Positions 62,606 to 64,000 of a stretch of DNA of 64,000 bases are shown here, one piece after another. Each line of letters opens with the position of its first letter. Positions within the stretch are counted from its first letter, which is position 1. The notes below the pieces were generated by a model that was given only the letters and a program-made list of their open reading frames with translations, was not told the DNA's origin and did no database searches. The translations under genes were made by a program, and so were the position numbers. Source of the stretch: Anthoceros angustus (Eukaryota; Plantae; Anthocerotophyta); assembly GCA_010909165.1 (NCBI GenBank), contig MU008180.1, positions 929,884 through 993,883 on the forward strand. The letters are read 5' to 3'.

Positions 62606-63455
62606 AGAACAAGAGCAGGGCGGGAGGGTAGGGAGGGCCGGGCCGAGGCTGGCCGGCTCGGGGCTGGCCAGGCCTCTTTCTATGCTCAAGCGGCTCTTTT
62701 TCCAGCAGGGAAAGTCGACTTTTGGGAGTTTGGGAATATTTTCAAACTTAAAGTAATGGAGAAAACGTAAGGAAGGGCAGGCTGAGCGAGCGAACGCCGC
62801 CTGATTCGAGTCCCTCGGATCTCCGTCCCTCCCTGTGGCATCCGTGCCCAGTGAAATGCACGAAAGCAGAGCCAGGCCAGCCAGGATCGACAGCCTTTGA
62901 CGGTGGACCAGATCAGGGGAAAAGGGAGGGACTGCGCGCCCGTGCATCATCAGCAGCTTCAAATTATATCACGGGCATGGGCTGGGCGAGGCTGAGGGCA
63001 GCAGCAGGCAGCGATGCAGCGGCAGCAGATGCCATGGATGGGAACCCTAGTCGCGGGAGCTGCTACGGGGTTGGGTGCAGGGGCCTGCTGAGGCGGATCA
63101 GGGGCACAGGTTTCAGGTCTCGCGCAATTGGATCCCGGTAGGGGTTTCCGGTGCTGTGCCTGGGGGCACGCCAGTGTGCAGGATATATTGCCCTCTTTTC
63201 ACTGCTCGGAAGCTAGTCAGAAATGCCATAACATTTGTCATTGAAAATGTGTCAGGTGCGTTTCTGTGCCTCTGCGTATGTGTATATGAGTGTGCGAGTG
63301 TATGTATGTATTCGTTCCGTGTGCTGAGAGCTGTGGTTTGAGCTGAAGGACATTGGCTTTGCACTTCAGGGCAGTTGAGAAGCAGTGTGACTGTGATAGC
63401 GACGAGGCTGTGGGATGTTTTGGTGACGCTCTTGTCATTGGGTGTTTGGTGGCAG

Positions 63456-64000
63456 GTAAAAAGCCGATCATCCAAAGAATTTTATTTTGGAGTGGGAATC
63501 AGTGTGGGCTTTGTAGTTGCTGTATTAGGCTGCTGGGGCCTTCATCTTCTGTGGAAGTTTTGGTTAAGAGGGAAGGGATCTGACTACATTGCCTCGTTCG
63601 ACCCTGAAACTTCAGTTTTAGGATCTACAACAAGGTTTTCCTTTGTGGAGCTCCAAACTGCTACCAACCACTTTCGGGAGAAGCTGGGTGCTGGGGGATT
63701 TGGAGCAGTGTACAAGGGAGTGCTGCAGGATCAGACAGTTGTTGCAGTGAAGCAACTTGAGAGGAAAGGTCAAGGCGAGAAGGAGTTCCGGGCAGAAGTT
63801 GCCACTATAGGGAACACTCATCACAAGAATCTGGCACGTCTTTATGGCTTCTGCTCGGAGGGAGCCCATAGGCTTTTGGTGTATGAGTACCTCTCAAAGG
63901 GCTCCCTGGACAGATATCTGCTAAGATGGAGTGATGAGGAAGAGATCGAGTTCAATCGTCCACTTCTGAATTGGGGGACCCGATTTAATGTGGCGTTGGG
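63456..64000 (+). CDS. Receptor-like kinase, SD-2-type kinase domain (TM + kinase N-lobe; runs off window end)
   Basis: TM FYFGVGISVGFVVAVLGCWGLHLLW, then RFSFVELQTATNHFREKLGAGGFGAVYKG, VAVKQLE, GQGEKEFRAEVATIG, HHKNL.RL.GFC.EG.HRLLVYEY, LNWGTRFNVAL. First exon unresolved (~62977-63110). Confidence 0.88.

Overview
Gene-dense eukaryotic nuclear DNA from a seed-free land plant with flagellated sperm. A hornwort such as Anthoceros is the best inference, from the ~60-110 bp introns, a Kintoun/PF13 gene and PLS-PPR genes with the PGxSWW 'DYW:WW' signature. Genes in order: Kintoun/DNAAF2 (-, partial); a very AT-rich group IV-B CNGC (+); a Sla2/HIP1-like ANTH domain apparently fused to a Raf-like kinase (+); an RBOH NADPH oxidase (+); a decayed repeat-rich interval; intronless DPH1 (-) head-to-head with kanadaptin (+); a LINE remnant; an inverted pair of long PLS-PPR genes (one pseudogene, one with a frameshift and truncated DYW:WW domain); a Copia gag-only ORF and a solo LTR with AGTAA...TTACT ends; VPS35L (-) head-to-head with intronless APH-1 (+); a PPH1/TAP38-like PP2C (+); plastid-type LIP2 (-); and an SD-2-type receptor kinase with no visible ectodomain (+, partial). 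The best candidate for an undescribed system is the ANTH-Raf kinase, whose linker carries clustered clathrin-box and WxxF-acidic motifs, suggesting a coat-localised endocytic kinase. All homology calls come from motif recognition by eye; no searches were run.
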